Assembly (NCBI RefSeq): GCF_044704955.1
Contig: NW_027251890.1
Location: 1-34,753 of the forward strand
Direction of reading: 5' to 3'
Source of the DNA: Pristiophorus japonicus
Lineage: Eukaryota
DNA: 34,753 nucleotides
Every line of letters begins with the position of its first letter. Position 1 is the stretch's first letter. Positions 31,693 through 34,753 of the stretch are shown here, piece by piece. Below the pieces are notes generated by a model. The model was not told where the DNA came from, made no database searches, and was given only the letters and a program-made list of their open reading frames with translations. The position numbers were made by a program, and so were the translations under genes.

Positions 31693-34600
31693 TCACCTCC
31701 CCCCTCAAAGTCTTATTGGGATCACAGGTTGAGTCTCTCTGATGGTTTATGCTCTCTTGTAGAGCGCCTGAGTTGGGGCTCCGGTTGTTGGGCGCTGGCC
31801 TGAGTGTTTGCTTTTTGCGGTGCCTCAGGCCTATCCAGACGGCCCACAGTGATTGGGCTCTCCAACCTTTGGTTCCGGTGTTCGGTCACCTGTGGTGGAG
31901 TGAACTCTACATCGTGTTCTTCCTCTGCTTCTGCGATGGGGTTGCTGAGCCTCCTTTTTGTTTGATCCACGTGTTTGCGGCAGATTTGTCCATTGGTAAG
32001 TTTAACTACCAGAATCCTATTTCCCTCTTTGGCAATCACAGTGCCTGCGAGCCATTTGGGCCCTGCAGCGTAGTTGAGGACAAAAACAGGATCATTTACA
32101 TCAATACATCATGCCCTCGCATTCCTGTCATGGTACTCATATTGTGGCTAGCGCCTGCTCTGGACAATTTCTTTCATGGTCGGGTGTATAAAGGATAGTC
32201 GGGTTTTGAGCATCCTTTTCATTAGCAGCTCTGCGGGTGGAACCCCTGTGAGCGAGTGTGGTCGGGATCTATAGGCCAACAGGGGGCGTGATAAGCGCCT
32301 TTGTAGGGAGCCCCCTTGGATTCTAAGCGTCCCCTGTTTGATTATCTGCACTGCTCGTTCTGCCTGGCCGTTTGAGGCAGGCTTGAACGGTGCCATTTTA
32401 ACATGGTTAATTCCATTGCCTGCCATTTAGTCCTGGAATTCAGTGCTTGTGAAGCACGCGCCATTGTCGCTGACCAAGACGTCCGGTAGACCCGTGGGCG
32501 GCGAACATTGCCCGTAGACTTTCTAACGTGGTAGAGGATGTGCTTGAATTTAAAATGTCACACTCGATCCATTTGGAGCAGGCGTCTACTACAACCAAAA
32601 ACATTTTCCCCATGAAAGGACCTGCGTAGTCCACATGGATGCGTGACCAAGGCTTGGCGGGCCATGACCAAGGACTAAGGGGGGCTTCACTGGGCGCATT
32701 GCCCAGCTGGGCACATGTGTTGCACCTGCGAACACAAAGTTCCAGATCTGCGTCTATCCCTGGCCACCAAACGTGTGACCTGGCAATTGCCTTCATCATG
32801 ACAATGCCCGGGTGCTCATTGTGGAGTTCTCTGATGAACACCTCTCTGCACATCTGGGGCATGACTACTGCGGTTTCCCCACAGTAGGCAATCAGTCTGA
32901 ATCGAGAGTTCATCCCTGCGCTTGTGAAATGGTTTAAATTTCTCAGGGCATGCCCTGTACGTGGCTGCCCAGTCCCCATTCAGGACACATTTCTTGACTA
33001 GAGACAATAGCGGGTCTCTGTTTGTCCAGACTTTAATCTGATGGGCTGTCATGGGTGAGCCTTCACTTCCGAAAGCTTCAACAGCTATGACCATCTCAAC
33101 AGCATGCTCAGTAGCCCCCTCAGTGGTGGCTTGTGGGAGCCTGCTGAGTGTATCGGCGCAGTTTTCAGTACCCGGTCTGTGTCGAATTGTATAGTCATAG
33201 GCGGCTAACGTGAGTGCCCACCTCTGTATGCGGGCCGATGCGTTTGCATTTATGGCCTTGTTGTCGGCCAAAAGGGAGGTTCAGGGTTTGTGATCTGTCT
33301 CCAGCTCAAATTTCCTGCCAAACAGGTATTGGTGCATTTTCTTTACCGCATATACACATGCGAGCGCCTCTTTTTCTCCCATCCCGTAACCCCTTTCTGC
33401 CTGGGACAGACTCCTCGAGGCATAAGCTCCTGGCTATAACTGACCCTTGACATTGACATGCTGCAACACACAACCGACAACATAGGACGATGCATTGCAC
33501 GATAACCCAAGTTTCTTACATGGGTCGTATAGTGTTAACAGAGTGTTGGAGCATAACAAATTGCATGCTCTATTAAAAGCCCTTTCCTGGCTGTCCCCCC
33601 AAACCCATTCACGACCTTTGCGTAGGAGCACGTGTAGCGGCTCTAGCAGCATGCTCAATTTCGGAAGAATGTTACCAAAATAGTTCAGGAGCCCCAGGAA
33701 CGAACGCAGCTCCGTCATGTTACGGGATCTGGGTGCTCTCTGGATCGCTTCAGTCTTGGATGCAGTAGGGCTGATCCCGTCTGCTGCTACCCTCATCCAA
33801 AGGAATTCTACCTGTGGAGCTAGGAAGATGCACTTCGCCTTTTTCAGTCACAGCCTACCCGGTGCAGTCTGTGTAGCACCTCCTCCAGGTTGTGGAGTTG
33901 TTCTTCAGTATCGTAACCCGTGATGAGGATGTCGTCCTGAAAAACCACCGTCCCTGGAATCGACTTGAGGAGGCTTTCCATATTTCATTGGAACATCGCG
34001 GCGGCCGAGCGAATCCCGAACGGACATCTGTTGTACTCAAACAACCCCTTGTGTGTCGTGATGGTGGTCAGCTTCTTTGACTCACTCGCCAGCTCCAGAC
34101 TGTAAGCTGAGGTCAGGTCCAATTTTGAAAAAAGTTTGCCACCGGATAACGTCGCAAAGAGGTCCTCCGCTCTCGGTAGCAGGTACTGGTCTTGGAGTGA
34201 CACCCGATTAATGGTGGCCTTGTAATCACCACATATCCTGACCGACCCATTCGCCTTGAGCACTGGCATGATTGGGCTTGCCCAGTCACTGAATTCGACT
34301 GGAGAGATGATGCCTTCCCTCAGCAGGCGGTCCAATTTGCCTTCTATCTTTTCCCGCATCACTTACGGCACCGCTCTAGCCTTGTGGTTTACTGGCCTGG
34401 CATCCGGGTTTATGTGAATCACTACCTTGGCCCCCATGAAAGTGCTGATGCCGGGTTGAAATAATGAGTCAAATTTGTCCAGGATCTGTGAGCATGATAC
34501 TCGCTCCACAGAGGAAATTGCATTGACATCGCCCCATTTCCAGGACATGACAGCAAGCCAACTCCTCCCCAGTAGTGCGGGACCGTCCCCTGGGACAATC

Positions 34601-34753
34601 CAGAGTGGCAACCTGTTCTCCGAATCTTTGTGGGTCACACAACCGTGGCGCTGCCTAGCACCGGAATGATGTGCTTTATGTAAGTCCGTAGCTGTGCGTC
34701 AATCGGTGATAATTTTGGCCTCCTGGCCTTGGACGCCCACAACTTTTCGAACT
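31458..34753 (-). mobile_element. Degenerate Gypsy (Mag-like) element: PR-RT-RNaseH-IN-3'LTR, running off the window end
   Basis: LLGRSWL, WASPIMPVLK..VRICGDYK, FLGLLNYF, RIQRWAL, HPG..WWPG..C..C, HVDYAGP, SNGQAERAVQ; multiple frameshifts. Confidence 0.95.

Noticed and set aside
31633-32043. Further perfect CACAGTG heptamers (31633, ~31845, ~32037)
   Set aside because: Inside Gypsy-3, no convincing nonamer noticed and no adjacent Ig coding segment; they show the background heptamer rate

Overview
Eukaryotic, repeat-saturated window from a cartilaginous fish, very probably a shark, judged from CR1/L2/RTE LINEs, Deu-domain SINEs, short-LTR Gypsy elements and a shark-type Ig gene. The only host gene is an immunoglobulin light-chain unit on the minus strand. 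It has an unrearranged J segment (30061-30095, LTFGKGTKLRL) with a 23-bp-spacer RSS (30096-30134), a 1983-bp J-C intron and an intact C exon (27749-28077) resembling elasmobranch type I (NS5 / sigma-cart) light chain. No V segment or V-RSS is visible in the 4.6 kb upstream of J; that space holds a microsatellite, a Tx1-like fragment and a Gypsy element running off the window. The rest is nested transposons: a 10.4-kb Gypsy carrying three younger CR1 insertions (one with a 903-aa open ORF2), an internally deleted Gypsy, two solo LTRs, a Tc1/pogo-type MITE, Harbinger fragments, an inverted RTE insertion and several minisatellites. The most interesting hypotheses are: (1) a V-less or V-displaced J-C unit bracketed by same-family direct-repeat LTRs; (2) a pair of cryptic RSSs flanking the C exon in the kappa-deleting-element topology; (3) convergent, partly LTR-donated CTCF motifs enclosing J-C. 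All calls were made by eye, with family assignments from recalled motifs and no database searches.
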